DNA from: Octopus vulgaris
Lineage: Eukaryota
Length of the DNA: 64,000 nt
Assembly (NCBI GenBank): GCA_951406725.2
Contig: OX597818.1
Coordinates: 122,388,001-122,452,000 of the forward strand
Direction of reading: 5' to 3'
The notes under the pieces were generated by a model, which saw nothing but the letters and a program-made list of their open reading frames with translations, had not been told where the DNA came from and did no database searches. Shown piece by piece: positions 41,611-56,999 of the stretch. Made by a program: the position numbers and the translations under genes. Position 1 is the stretch's first letter. Each line of letters opens with the position of its first letter.

Positions 41611-42013
41611 CTAATCTGTTGAGCATGTCTGTTAGTGGCTGACGTTATATGCATTTTTGATGACGAGCAGAAGTAGAAGGGGATCATCATGACTATGTTT
41701 TGAGAGGTCTTCTTTGGAGTTTGAATAATTCAACCCTGGAAACATGGGTGTCCGTTTATCATCCTGCAACAAACCTTATTCAGGGAGTTTTTGAACAGGA
41801 TGGGCTACTCGACCAGAAGAAATTTCTAGCTAGGCCCCTACCTGCAAGGTCATTCTCTGTTTATCTTGATATGAGGTCACCACGTCGCACGCGTACAGTT
41901 TTGATGCATGTGCCTGGTGTACCCTTTACGGACGGGTAGTAATGATGGGTATACTGGGCTTCGTATATTTCTTTCCCAGTGTCACTTTGATTGCATGCAC
42001 TGCGCTCTCCCTC
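41611..42013 (+). mobile_element. Family E copy 4, more truncated and diverged
   Basis: Same fixed end followed by AAT/GAT repeats. Confidence 0.82.
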
Positions 42014-42325
42014 AATAATGACGGTGATGATGATGATGATGATGATGAAGAAGATGATAATAATAATAACAACAACATTATTATATAGCAGAAACAGCGT
42101 AATAATAATGATAATAATAATTATATTTATGATGTAATTATATTAATACTACCAACAAATGCGCAGAAACTCCAGTGTTTAGCAAATCTAGTGCCGCTGC
42201 AGACTTCTGGTTTACTGCTGACACTTTTGTGCTTTTCAGCACCCTGCGTATATCCGAGATGCTTTCTGAAGAGGAATGTCAGAGTGTTGTGACTTTCTGT
42301 TAGTATATCCATATTGATCAAGATA

Positions 42326-42370
<45 letters not shown>

Positions 42371-42372
<2 letters not shown>

Positions 42373-42760
42373 TCTTTTACTCTTTTACTTGTTTCAGTCA
42401 TTTGACTGCGGCCATGCTCGAGCACCACCTTTAATCGAGAAACTCGACCCCAGGACTTATTCTTTTGTAAGCCCAGTACTTATTCTATCGGTAACGGGGA
42501 CATAAACACACCAGCATCGGTTGTCAAGCAATACTAGGGGGACAAACACAGACATACAAACACACACACGCATATATATATATATACATATATACGACGG
42601 GCTTCTTTCAGTTTCCATCTACCAAATCCACTCACAAGGCTTTGGTCGGCCCGAAGCTATAGTAAAAGACACTTGCCCAAGGTGTCACGCATTGGGACTG
42701 AACCCGGAACCATGTGGTTGGTAAACAAGCTACTTACCACACAGCCACTCCTGCGCCTAT
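42371..42760 (-). mobile_element. SINE family D
   Basis: Reverse complement of 11851-12247 with a small deletion. Confidence 0.87.
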
Positions 42761-42800
42761 ATATATATATACTCTTTTACTCTTTTACTTTATATATATA

Positions 42801-42991
42801 TATACCGGAGTAAACACATAAATGTGAAACAAGGTGGAAAAAAGAGTACTCAAATACCAGGGGTAGAGTAATATGCTTTATTGAAAAGCAGCAGAAATTC
42901 AACGAAACTTGTTACACGGAGTTTCACGTTCCTGTTCGTCGGACAGTTTTTATTAGAATCTAACAAAAACTGTCCGACGAAACTGTCCGAC

Positions 42992-42993
<2 letters not shown>
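42801..42993 (-). mobile_element. PLE pseudo-LTR-like element, same family as 10350-10590, with HHR at 42906-42948
   Basis: Minus strand aactgt CCGACGA acaggaacgt GAAAC tccgt GTA acaagtt, then AATAAA and shared tail; short inverted duplication at 42965-42993. Confidence 0.75.
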
Positions 42994-43055
<62 letters not shown>

Positions 43056-43347
43056 CAAAATAGTGATATTTTGGAATCATTTAGTACGTACGTTTCAGGT
43101 TTGCGCAATATATAATATGAAATGCATCTTTTACGCAAACATTCATCAGTTAAAGCAAAAATTTCATTATTACAATTAATACGTCTTGACGTCACTAAAC
43201 GCTAGGTGGTTTTGAACCTAGTGTGTAATATTGAACTCGAGTCGAAAACTCTGGTACCGTGCTCCGCTTCTTCAGCATAACAGCTTTGATTGTGTGTGTG
43301 TGTGTATAGATATATATATATATATAGATAGATAGATATAGATATAG

Positions 43348-43442
<95 letters not shown>

Positions 43443-43525
43443 CATACATACATGCATACATATCTATATGTGTATATATATATGTACATACATACATATG
43501 TATATATATATATGTACATACATAC

Positions 43526-43558
<33 letters not shown>

Positions 43559-43564
43559 TATATG

Positions 43565-43605
<41 letters not shown>

Positions 43606-43631
43606 GTAAACAAAGTCAAATGCGATACAAT

Positions 43632-43670
<39 letters not shown>

Positions 43671-43707
43671 GTGTATATATATATATTTATATGTATAAAT
43701 ATATATA

Positions 43708-44010
43708 TAGGAGAGGCTGTATGGCTAGAAGCTTGCTTCGCTTGGCAATCGCATCGTTTCGGATTTAATCCCGTGACCTGGTACCTTGGGCAAATGTTTC
43801 CTACTATAGCCTCGAGTGGACCTTGTGAGTGGATATGGTAGACGGAAATTAAAAGAAGCCCGTCGTGTATATATATGTATATGTGTTTATGTGTGTGTCC
43901 GTCTCCCAATCCCGCTTGACAACAAGTGTTGGTGTGTTTATATCCACATAATTTAACGGTTCAGCTAAAGAGATCGATAGAATAAGTACCGGGCGTAAAA
44001 AATAAGAAGT
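43708..44010 (+). mobile_element. SINE family D, diverged
   Basis: Collinear with about 11851-12150. Confidence 0.75.
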
Positions 44011-44011
44011 A

Positions 44012-44054
<43 letters not shown>

Positions 44055-44841
44055 GCGCAAACACACACACACACGTAACGAAAAGTCATCGAAAAAGTAA
44101 ACGTTTGCCTGTTTCACACTAACATATTAGAAGTCTACGAAGGTATACTGGATGTTAGAGGCCGCTTGTGACACGAAGCACTTAGGGAGAGATGTGTTGA
44201 ATGTGTTAGATCAGGAAAGAACGGCTTGCAGTTTTGTATGAGGAATTCCGTCGTTATACTCATACATATTTGATATTAGGGTTGTATAAAATCTTACATT
44301 ATAATTCAAAGTTCAATTTACAAAGGAAAGACATAGTGTGAAGTTGTTTCGTTTTTGTTTTCCATCAAAAAAACTATTAGCATGGTAAGCGAAGCGAAGT
44401 AATCCTGCGTTATTCAAGACAGTTTCACATTAATACTCAGATGAACTGACTGCTTAACCAAAAAGACAAAAGTACCAAAGCTATACGATAAGATCATGGG
44501 AAATCTCAACTTCACATCGCCTGCCAGACATTCATGTAGCACAAATATGAAATTGGTTAACGACTAGCTTTTCGAAGATAAGGTGAATTTCGGTCAGAAC
44601 CAAAAGAATAAAAAAAAAATTATGCACTATATTCGAAATTCTATCACTTAGGTCATTGTATGTTGTTTAAGCTTCTAGATTTATACATTTATTCACTAGT
44701 TTTTGATAATGTTTTTTCTGTTTTCTACATTTTCCATCACAGAATATAATGGCGGCTGTTGCGCTTAACTCAAATGAATAGTAAGACGATTTGCATAGAC
44801 GTAATAATGATAATAATAATAATAATGATGATGATAATAAC

Positions 44842-44909
<68 letters not shown>

Positions 44910-45398
44910 TAGACATTTGTAGTTATAGCGACCGGCGTTCGGAGACAGCAGAAGATTTTTCAGCGTCGGTGAAATGGTTCATTGTTTAGTGGAAATTGCT
45001 GCTATAATACAGGCAAAACTAATGTCGTCGTAAGAAATAACTAGAGTGAAAAGCATTCAGTGAATTTCGCTTGTGTGTGTTAGCAAAAGAAATAGTAAGT
45101 GGTTTGTGAAATTGTATATTTATAGAAACAGGAGAATATCTTCTAAAAGAAGTGCTTACCGAGTTCCTGGAAATCAACTTTTCTCTCTCTTCTCTCTCTC
45201 TCTCTCTCTCAGACTGCTCCTCTTCCCCACTCTCCATATCACTGACTTTTTTCTAACAATTTATGTCCTTACTTTTTTTACTTTTCAACTCTAGTTTTAT
45301 TTCAGTTCACTTGTCTCTCTTTCTGTGAGGCAGTCTCACCCGTCATCTATCAACTGCCAAACTATATTTTATATGCGCATGCGTATTTATTGCAGCGC

Positions 45399-45440
<42 letters not shown>

Positions 45441-46763
45441 ATGTGTGTGTGTGTACACAAACATACATATATAACAGGTGCGGTGTTCAACCCGTTGAAG
45501 GGTTAAGTTTATCATCTAAGGAAACTATGGTCAGATTTGAACACAGAACAGTAAGAACCGGAACAAGTACCGCAAATCATCTGCTGTGCAGTTCTTTCAG
45601 CCATGCCCACCAATCTTTTGCTCTTGACTGGCATTTTCTCATCACCGCAAAGATGAAAGTCAAACTGTCCTCAGTCGTTCTTCAACACAAAGCGCAAGCA
45701 ACTGGAATAAATATCTCTACACATCTCATCCGACACCCGACCTAATCTACCATTCAGCGATTAATTGATTAGACGATTTAAGATAATGATGCTAGAAGAT
45801 TTATCAGGTATGTCTTCGTACGAAATACACATATTTAGTGCAGGCTCAGATATTTAAAATTCTGAATCTTGAAGAAATTCTAAACAACTGAAATTACAGT
45901 CGCAACAAACTGGCATTATCCAGGAAAACTTAAGAACTATAAATAATGCCAAGATTTGGGAAGTATGTGTTAGACAAATATTATCCTGGGAAGCCTACTA
46001 AGATGGAAATATATCTAGAAGTTTTTCTGTATTTATTAAGATCAAACTCATTCCCAACTCCATTTCAATTTTAGTCAGTCCATATTTCAGTCTACGTCCA
46101 TGCATATCTTGAAAAGAGGTGTCATTAATGCTAATATCAATTCTTCTTATTACATCAGCAGTTTGATTACAAAGAATCGGACTGAATACAATAAATATGT
46201 TATACCGCACTTAGCGATTATAAGTCAGCATAAGGTCGGAGACGAATTTGACAAGCATTTACTGTTCAGACTATTTCAAGTCACAAACGCTCCGGTTAAT
46301 ATTATAGACACTTTTTTCTAAAACATCACGTAGTATTTATCCATTCACGACTTGTCTTTCAGAGGAATACGTTCATGGGGGTCACCTGTTCAATTTAATT
46401 TACCGATCATATCATGAAGCAGCAGCCTCAATATACCATTATGAGATGCTCAAGTTATTGACAGTCAAATATAACTGAAATCACACCTCCGACTCTTAAA
46501 AAAGAAGCATACATTGGCTAAAAAAGTTCTGGTGTACAAAAAGAAAAAAGACAAAGCAATCACAGCTAGATTGTCTTTCGTCATAGATCTTCTTGGCCAA
46601 CGCTGTTCTATGGGAAAACAACAACATTAATATCATCGACAACAAATTCAACAGCAACATCAATACAATGTGATGCAGTCGTTAGTAAAGCAATATATTT
46701 TCTTTAAAGAAAAGTTCCGTTTCTTGTTGGAGTCAGTATGTTGATGCGGATGTCAAATACGTT

Positions 46764-47217
<454 letters not shown>

Positions 47218-47279
47218 ATGGCATTGTGCTTAAGAACGTGGGCTCGATTCCAGGCAGTGATCTGAATAATAATAATAAC

Positions 47280-47350
<71 letters not shown>

Positions 47351-47772
47351 TAGTTTAAATTTAGATAAATCGAACAGTAAAATAATACAAACGTATTTGA
47401 TATCATTTACCTTATTTCCATTATTTACATATCCTTAGAAAAACCCTATCAATGTAAATGTTTGTGTTTGTATTACATGGAGATATTTCTCTACTTCCCC
47501 TCCCCAAGCTTTCAGCTATATTTCAACAACTCTTAACCTTCACTTGCTCTAGGGCGCTGGGTGTGCCCCGGCAGGTGATTGCATCAAACATGCAGATTAA
47601 AAGTAAACGACAATGATGATAATAATAATAATAATAACAACATCGAAAAATGCCTTAGGAGTGAGAACCCAGGTTCGAAATTACCCCAAGACACCTGATG
47701 AAGGCTAGAGGGTATATTAGCCGAAACGTGTTAACAAACAAGATGAGGACAAATATCCGTCAAATGTAAATA
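47218..47772 (+). mobile_element. Second, interrupted copy of the tRNA-head/HHR element, head-to-head with the first
   Basis: Deleted tRNA head 47218-47265, (AAT)n, insertions, tail 47640-47772 with HHR 47690-47732 lacking 3 nt at the cleavage site. Confidence 0.72.
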
Positions 47773-48070
47773 ATGGAAATAAGGTAAATGATATCAAATA
47801 CGTTTGTATTATTTTACTGTTCGATTTATCTAAATTTAAACACCTATCTGGAGATCTTTCCTTGTTCCAGTAACCAATCGGATAAATATCTCTAATAATA
47901 TATTCTGGATTCAATGCGATGTTCTGTATAATAAGTAAACGTGAACCCTTGTTCATTATGAAGAGTTTCTCTTGTGAACATTGCTGAACTCTAGCCACAC
48001 TTACCGAGCAAACAACTTTATCAGAGCGAATAACTGATGGAAATAGCAACTTATTCATACTCGAATCATA

Positions 48071-48304
48071 CCTATTTCTTTACTACCCACAAGGGGCTAC
48101 ACACAGAGGCGACAAACAAGGACAGACAAACGGATTAAGTCGATTATATCGACCTCAGTGCGTAACTGGTACTTATTTAATAGACCCCGAAAGGATGAAA
48201 GGTAAAATCTACCTCGGCGGAATTTGAACCCAGAACGTAGCGGCAGACGAAATACCGCTAAGCATTTTGCCCGGCGTGCTAACGATTCTGCCAGCTCGCC
48301 TCCT
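48071..48304 (-). mobile_element. SINE family C
   Basis: Reverse complement of 10901-11127. Confidence 0.88.
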
Positions 48305-51300
48305 TTCATACTCAAATCATACCATGCTCTTCTTAGATGTGGAAATGGCACGCTGGTTAATTCAGTTCGAAAATGTGGGAAGGCCACGGTTGGAATTCGT
48401 TGCTGATATTTCCTGTCGATGAGTGTCGAGATGGAGCATGGCAAGCAAAAGCTAATGAAGAGTCTGAGTCATAAACTTAGCATAGTTTTGCCGCTGATGT
48501 CCGAATCAGCAACGTTTCAATTGATTGAATTATATGTAAATCATTTCGGTTTTGATAGTAAAGATATAATAATCGATCTTGTGTCAGTAAGATTACAAAT
48601 TGTGCAGTAGACATAAGATACCGCTGCATCAATAGTATATGTATATTGATTTAATTTGACCCAACTCAGGACAAATATTCTTTAAACTGGTGAGTAGTTA
48701 ATTGAATCCTCTGTAATGATTTAGACATATATATATTTGATAGGCTATTGGAATAAGGAAAGGTTCTCAGATAGGTATTTAAATTTAGGAAAATCAAGCA
48801 GTAACAGAAAGAAGACAAACTTGTTTAACATCAGCACCAATATGGCGGTGCCCCAGCATGGCCACAGCTCAAGAGCTGAAACTGGAAAACATAAACATAA
48901 ACATAAAACATATTTGGTCAGTCCAATTAGAAATCGAACTGTTTTTTAAGGACATGTTACTTTACATATGACAGCATCAAAGGATCGCCTCGCGCTTTGT
49001 CTCAGACATGGAGCGACATGTGAACAGCTGTGCTCTCGTGAGTTTTGTCTAGGTACATTGTCACTTCCACTGCCTCTTTCGAACGGTGACATCTAACTAA
49101 AAGATATTCTTTATTTGTCATCTTATCACGTTAAACAAACTCCCAATAAAAGTGTTTTTTTCCCCATAAAATACAAATAAAAAGCAAACAAGTCAACATC
49201 AACTTTATATTCGAGCGACTCTGATGCGCATTTTATTGTTAACGACGACGATGATCCATTCATTGAGACGACAACCGTATTATTTCGATATGTCATCTGT
49301 ACATCTATCTTTCGTCACCTGCTGTGTGTCTGCTACTATGTCTGAAGAAGCTTTCCATCAGTATTTGAACAATAAAACAGTGACCGAATGACTTTTATTG
49401 AGTTCCCTTAATATTCTTGTGTTAGTAGACAAAACACACATTTTGCAGTAATATGTTGCATGTGAAATTTTCCTTAATAAGTGAATACTTCCTAGAAGAC
49501 TGCATGGACCAAGGAATTAGAATACATGCCCACTTTTGGAATATGATTGTTTGTCGCGGAAAGTCTTTAAAATTCGGAAGTGTCTTGGAGGAATGTTGTT
49601 CCACATTTGAAGCACAATGTCACTTGAGCTTGCTTATAGTTCAATCAATTCAACCCCATAGACCTATGGCAATGCTGGTATAGTGACTGTAAAGGTTTTA
49701 CCCAATTCCAGAGCAAACAACGAATATTATTTTCAAAAGTGTTTATTGTTCAACTTTTGATAAATCTGTAGGGTGCACTAAACATGTGTTCATCATAACA
49801 CATGTAGGTCGATATATGAATATCCTGGTACAATATGGTTGACATTAAGCCGAAAGACAAGTTGCATTGCAAGTGACAGGCACATTGCGCCAACTAGTAG
49901 GTTCGGCATGCTTTTGAGTAGGCCTTTTTTTACCTGCCTTTTTCGTCAATCTAGGAAGAAGTGGAAGGTCTCGAAGTGTTAAATTGTTCGCTTTACTCCA
50001 CGACAAAAAAAAAAAATCAGACACTTCTATAAACCCTCCTTTGGACTAATTATTTCCGACGGTACAGCCAAGTGTGCGTTTCCTAGGGGTCCAAATTTTA
50101 CAGAACGACTTTGTAACTTAACTGTCTCCGTCGGTCAAGTTAGAACATGCATATGCGTATATAAGTGTAATTAGAACTGCACATCTGGAAGTCGGAATAT
50201 TTTTAGGTATTATTTTTACGCTCCGGTGACTGAATTCACCGCCTTTTACCTTTATATACAGTATCCACTGTGGTTACTATTAAAGCAATTGGTAAATGGC
50301 TGGTAGGCTGCGTCGGCGAACCAGTTTCAATTTTCGATTGAAATCACCTTGTTTCACTTATTTGGATAGTACTTATTTTATCCACCAAGTGAGATGAAAA
50401 GCAAATTAGTGTTCTGCAGATTTGTATTACCTGTATAAACCGTAGACAAAACAGATTGTTGGTTGACAAGTAAGAGTCGTGTTTCATAACAACTAATGAC
50501 GTTTATGTCTTACCAAGCGCCATCAGCGTCATGAAGTGAAATGGCTTTCAAGAGGAACTGATCTACGAGTCTCTCTTAACAAAAATCGCATTAATTCGCA
50601 GACAGCACCATTTCTCTGTGAGTGCAAATCTTAAAGGAAATAATTCTTGTTAATACTATAAATTCTCAGTAAAGAAAGGAAGGAAGCTATATTCTTCATT
50701 CTGTTCCTTAACGACACCCAATCTCTCCTGATTCAACAAATTTTTCATTGAATGTATTACATATGTAGCGATCCCATCTTATGCTATTAATTTACCAGGG
50801 ATGGCTTTTCTTAATTTTTAATACGGTAGTATCCAATTTGAGAGAATTTGGTTCCTATTTGAAGAAGACTTAACGAATACGAAGTTATTCCAGTCTGAGA
50901 TAACTAAGCTATGGAAAACTCTGTCACATGTGTCATGTGTAATGCGCTGCAAGATTTTAGGTGAGAGGCAAAGGACTATGAAGAAACAAAATCTTCCGGT
51001 TGTAGCATCTTATAAAACACATGTATACAAGTCAGTGTCATTCTAATAACAGAATGTGGAAAAAGTTTGAGACTTGAGCTAAAATACTTCATCACCATTT
51101 GTCTAGGCGAGTGGTTCTCAATTCTTTATTAATTATCGCTCCATTTGTTTTACTAACACCTTTCAACGTTCCTGTGCAAAGATGCATTTACACTTAAATG
51201 ATGCACGTATACTAAATACAATGCCAGAACAATGTAGTTCCAGTTACTTGATTGATACCTGTGGCTACTTACCACTGCACTGTTTTACTCGAAGCGAATA

Positions 51301-52553
51301 TTTGGTGCGTCACAACTTAACACTATTTATTGATGCCACTATTAGATGGTGGCTTCGGTTAAAGTCAGGTACAAATCCCTCGCACTTCTTAGATACATCC
51401 GTAGCCAGCTGTTGAAGTCAATCTTTATATTCCTATTTAACATACAAAAAAGCAAAAGTTGCCTGTATGTTCATACATACATTTATTTATTTGTAAGACC
51501 ACGCGCGAATTTACACACGTCTGTATATGCACATGTCTGTATATACACACAGGTAGATTAACAGATTACACTCATGGCTACAATCAACAACGTTGTTGAT
51601 TATGCTTCTAATTATGTTATATTATGCTTATAGATATGCATACAAACTCAGAACATTATCTAACACTGTAAGTACAGTCATCGTCCTTATTGCTTGTACG
51701 GAACTACCCACACCTTTTGACAAGGCCTTTAAAATTATAATTTTGCTTATAGTTTATAATTTACGCACATATGTAGTATATATTGTTTGGTTTATTTACT
51801 TATTCACATTTCAAACTCTATTATAATTATTGCTGATGTTAATACTTTAGTTATTGCCTTTCCTGCTGTGCTGCTGTGATTAAATCTAAGAAGGAGTCTG
51901 TTTTGTTTTTAGTTCAATATTTAAATTGAAGACAATGAACAAAAGAGTGCAGAGGCATCTATCGCACAGTCCAGCTCATTTTGGCCCCAGTAGCCATGGA
52001 CATGCATCATTAGACATGTCCCTGGCCTGAACTGACATGAACCATCGACCAATTCATCGATATTCCAATATGCCATCGACCCAGAATTGTATGTCTATAT
52101 TTAATATATAATAAAAGCAGAAAGGCTGCTCAACATGAAAAGCTATGACTCATTTGCATTTTAAAGATGACATCTACAGTATGGAAACCAAACTTGGTAG
52201 CGGTGTATAGTTGGTGGTAGGTATTATTTGTGCGGTACAGTAAAGTACAAACTGATATTTGCCATTCAGTATATGACGGTAAAATTTTCACTTCTGGAAA
52301 AGCTCTGAGAAAATTAGTGTTGAAACTATAGTACTGTGTCCGCTAAGAATATTCAGAAATCTTTTTATCTTGCTGCGTCTATCTATGTTCATCTTCGTCT
52401 GTCGACAGCGCTGTTGCTAATATATCATCGGGGATGAAGACAAACACCCCCTCAGACACAGACACAAAGACACACTAATACACATACATTTATTCGGTAT
52501 ACAAGACATATGCACACCGTATAATATGGCACACTTACAGATAGATACTCACT

Positions 52554-52596
<43 letters not shown>

Positions 52597-53014
52597 GTAT
52601 ACTCAAATATATATACATATACATAAATGATAGATAGGTTGATGCACATTTACACGTAGAAATATCTATAACCGTATAAATCTCAAACCTCATAAACACG
52701 TAAACTCACAAGTATGTGTACGTGCTCACCAACGTAGGTATATATACTCAGGCAGATACATATATAAATAGCTGCATGCATACACAGATGTATACGGACA
52801 CATCAGGAATACACACAGAAAAATAGCACCTTTCTACAAAAGTACATACATACAAAAACATTGAGAGACGATGCAAATGGAGACAGGATGGAAAGAATCG
52901 ATATGATGAATGTATATTCCACAAACATGCCTTTATCGCATTAAATGGAGTTCTTTTACTCCAAACACAGATGTGCTTGCATCTGCAAGCTTCACATAAA
53001 TTAAAGAAAAGATT

Positions 53015-53350
53015 CTGAAAAACCAGATGCGATGATCTGGCCGTATTGTTCGAATGGCAGATGAATGCACACCCAAACAGCTGTTTTATGGTGAGAGGGG
53101 AAACGCTATCGGTGTAGACCTAAAAAGAGGTTTAAGAACGTCATAAGGACGACCATGAAGTCACTTGGAATGGATCTAGTGGACATAGAAACCCATGCTT
53201 CGGATCGAGCTGATTGGCGGACAAAAGTGTAGAGTGGAGTGAAAGCGCTTGAAGAGGCCAGGATAACACATGCAAGACTCAAATGTGGTGAATCGCAATG
53301 ATCTTTTTGTCTACATAATTTGTGGCAGACTATGCTTTTCTTTTGCTAGG
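53015..53350 (+). mobile_element. RTE/BovB-like LINE 3' remnant
   Basis: R*SGRIVRM....PKQLFYGE..RPKKRFKN..ASDRADWR..CGRLC, with stops. Confidence 0.8.
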
Positions 53351-53810
53351 CACACACACTCACACACCCATACAAACACACATGCACACACACACACACA
53401 CACGTTTGCGGACACGTATACGTATATATATATATATATATATATATAACTGAAAGATAGGATAAAATCTTTATAAGAATTTATCAAGTACTTAGTGTGA
53501 AAATTTTCATACGGGAAAGATCCATCAATTATTCTTCTCAAATATATTTATCTATATTAAGGGCATTACTATACATAAATGCCTCGCTCTAAGAGGACTC
53601 TTAAAGTCAAAACTACTATAATAATTAAACACATTGTACCGAACGCGTGGGAATGTAACTCTCGAAGCAAGCATTTTAAAACCAGAATTCAGCTGCATAT
53701 CATTAGTGCACAAAATGCCCTTTTTGATCGTCAGTGCAAGCATAATGCAAGCACTGACGATTATAAAGTGCATTTTGTGCACTAATTATATATCTGTATG
53801 TATATATATG

Positions 53811-54057
53811 TGGAGGCGCGTAGCTTAGTGGTTAGGGTGTCAGCATCATGATCGTAAGATTGTGGTTTCGATTCCTGGACCGGGCGACGCGTTGTATTCT
53901 TGAGCAAAACAATTCATTTCACGTTGCTCCAGTCCACTCAGCTGGCAAAAATGAGTAACGCTGCGATGGACTGGCGTCCCGTCCAGCTGGGGAACACATA
54001 CGCCATTGAAACCGGGAAACCGCCCTATGAGCCTGGCTAGGCTTTAAAAGGGCGCAT
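53811..54057 (+). mobile_element. SINE related to family A with a different 3' half
   Basis: Shared CORE-like block, then ctgcgatggactggcgtcccgtccag tail. Confidence 0.82.
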
Positions 54058-54079
54058 TTTATTATATGTACATATATAA

Positions 54080-54112
<33 letters not shown>

Positions 54113-54329
54113 CATGCACACACACACATATAGTATATTGCAAGCAGTATACATTTATGAATTACTACTAGTTATATAAATTGAAGATTTCCTCTATGTG
54201 TATTTGAAATCGTGCCTAGGTAATATATTCAATATATGAAACTATCAGAAGCCCATTGTGTACATTTCATAAGATGGAGTACTGTTGTTGTTGATCTTAC
54301 CTAATATAAGTAAATATATATATATATAT

Positions 54330-54707
54330 CTTTCTCTTTTTACTTGCTTCAGTCATTAGACTGCGGCCATGCTGGAGCACCGCCTTTAATCCAGCAACTC
54401 GACCCCGTACTTATTCTATCGGTTCTTTTGCCGAACCGCTTAGTGACGGGGACATAAACACACCAGCATCGGTTGTCAAGCAATGCTAGGGGGACAAACA
54501 CAGACACACAAACACACATGCACACACACACATATATACATATATACGACAGGCTTCTTTCAGTTTCGGTCTACGAAATCCATTCACAAGGCTTTGGTCG
54601 GCCCGAGGCTATAGTAGAAGACACTTGCCCAAGGTGCCACGCAGTGGGACTGAACCCGGAACCATGTGGTTGGTAATCAAGCTACTTACCACAAAGCCAC
54701 TCCTGCG

Positions 54708-54711
<4 letters not shown>
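54330..54711 (-). mobile_element. SINE family D
   Basis: Reverse complement of 11851-12247. Confidence 0.88.
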
Positions 54712-54750
<39 letters not shown>

Positions 54751-56485
54751 ATACAATTGCATCATATGTGTGTCTATGTACGTGTATATGTGTCAATATT
54801 TTTTAATGCAGGAATTGGTATGCGATTGATTAAGTGCTCAACAGCCAATACACAAGGCTGAGAATTGCGTGCATGTAAAGCTTCGCATGTTCATATATAT
54901 ACAAGAGTATAACTGTCTGGTTAGAGCTGTATTTGAGCATGTTTACTTGTTGGAGTGTGTATGTATGATGGATATGTGAACAGAAGGGTGATTGGCTGAA
55001 AGCAGAAAAGGGAGACGTATCGGATAGAGCGGGAGATGTGGAATAGTTGTGGGAGAAAGAAGGATTTTTACTAGTAAAGAGATGAAAAACAATAGTGAAA
55101 AGAGAGAAATAGCGATAAAAATATGGAGCAAAGATGTAAGAGAGAGGAAGGAAAAAATGACAGAGAGATGATCATGTCTACGTTGATGTAATGATATGAG
55201 AAGAGTGATAGAGAGAGTGGGAGGGAGGGATGAAGTGAAAGAGAGTGGAAGAAAAAGTGAGAGAGAAAGGGGCGAGATAGAGAAAGCGTAACATGAAAGG
55301 GTCTCTCTCTCTCTCTTTCTTTCTCTGTGTCTCTCTTTCTCTCTCTCTCTCTTTCTCTCTCTCTCTATCTATAGGGAAAAGGGTAAAGATGGTAGAAATA
55401 CTATGTGAAATAGTTAAAAATTTGAGCCTGAAACAGCACGTTGTAAAGGTAGGTAAAAAGGAAGGCAAAATATAGAGTGGTGGTAAATACTGAACACACG
55501 CGAGAAAGAGTGATAGAGTTAGTGATATATATATATATATTTATATATATATAAAGAGAGATTAAGAAAGTCCAAGAAACAGTAAAACGAAAAAGTAACC
55601 GAAGATGATTATGTGATGTGCTCTGTTCAGTAACTGTGTGATTCTTTTGTCTCTCTTTGTTTCGATCACTCTGTTCCACACACACACATACATACACGCT
55701 CACATAAATACATATTGCCCTTCCACACACACACACACGCCTACGCGTGCGCGTGCACATGCACATCCGTGCATATATTTTCTCTAACGCGCACGCAGAA
55801 AGACTCGCCATCACACATGCAAAAAGATTCGCCTGCCAGTAGGCACACATCTAGGTGTGTTTGCTCATAAACGCAGTGAGCAACAATCAAATTATAAGAT
55901 TCAATGCGATTGGAAATAAAGTATTGCACAGCATTTTTTTTTTTTTTACAATTTCACAATTGGCAACACTCCTTCACTTCTGGAAATAACTTAACGAGAG
56001 CTAATATAGAAAATGCAATAAAAATTACGACACACACACACTCACACACACACACACACACACACACATAGGTATGTTCATATGCATGTGTCTATGCATG
56101 TATGTATTCACGTATATGTATGTATGTGTGTATGTATGTATGTATGTTCGTACACACACAATACACACACACATATAGGATATGCAGACAAAAAGAACCT
56201 GTCGAAACGTCCAGAAAATGAAAATCAATATAATACAGAGGAAGAGTGAATGCATGAAGTTTTAAATTCTATAGTTTTATAGAGGGGAGATTTTAAACGT
56301 GCAAATTGAGAGATGACAGAATCTAGTAATTTTGTTATTTTGTTTTATCGGCGCGAAAAGTGGCCATTTATGACACTCAAAATATGATGATGGAATATGA
56401 ATATAAGTACAACTGCAATAATAATAATAATAATAATAATCGTTACTACGACAAGCACTGGGTCCGGAATGTTGGTGGTAGGGCT

Positions 56486-56650
56486 AGTTGATTATTCAAC
56501 CCCTGTGTTCAACTGGTACTTATTTTGTCGACTCCGAAAAGATGAAAGGAAACGTCGACCTGGATGGAATTTGAACTCAGAACCTAAATCCGATAGAAAT
56601 GCCGGTAAGGACTTTTTTCCGATGTGCTAGCGATTCTGCCACTTCACCAC
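56486..56650 (-). mobile_element. SINE family C, diverged
   Basis: aactggtacttattttgtcgactccgaaaagatgaaagg..cgattctgcca. Confidence 0.7.
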
Positions 56651-56683
56651 TTTAATAACAATAAAAATAGTAGCAACAGCGTC

Positions 56684-56848
56684 AAGAAGAAGAAGAAGAA
56701 GAAGAAGAAGAAGAAGAAGAAGAAGAAGAAGAAGAAAAGAAGAAGAAGAAGAAGAAGAAGAAGAAGAAGAAGAAGAAGAAGAAGAAGAAGAAGAAGAAGA
56801 AGAAGAAGAAGAAGAAGAAGAAGAAGAAGAAGAAGAAGAAGAAGAAGA
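56684..56848. repeat. (GAA)n microsatellite
   Basis: Direct reading. Confidence 0.97.
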
Positions 56849-56999
56849 TAATAATGATAATCTTATATTTCTACTATAGGCACATGGGGCCTCAAATTTG
56901 AGGTAAGAGATTAGCCGATTGCATGGACCCGAATGTTTCACAATCTATTGACCCCGAAATGATGTAAGGCCTTGAAAGGATAACCAATTTTCGTTCATT

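Noticed and set aside
45998-46210. 70-aa ORF as a candidate exon
   Set aside because: No recognisable domain; length compatible with chance
49420-50250. Cys-containing fragments suggestive of a DNA transposon remnant
   Set aside because: Could not assign a family or termini by eye
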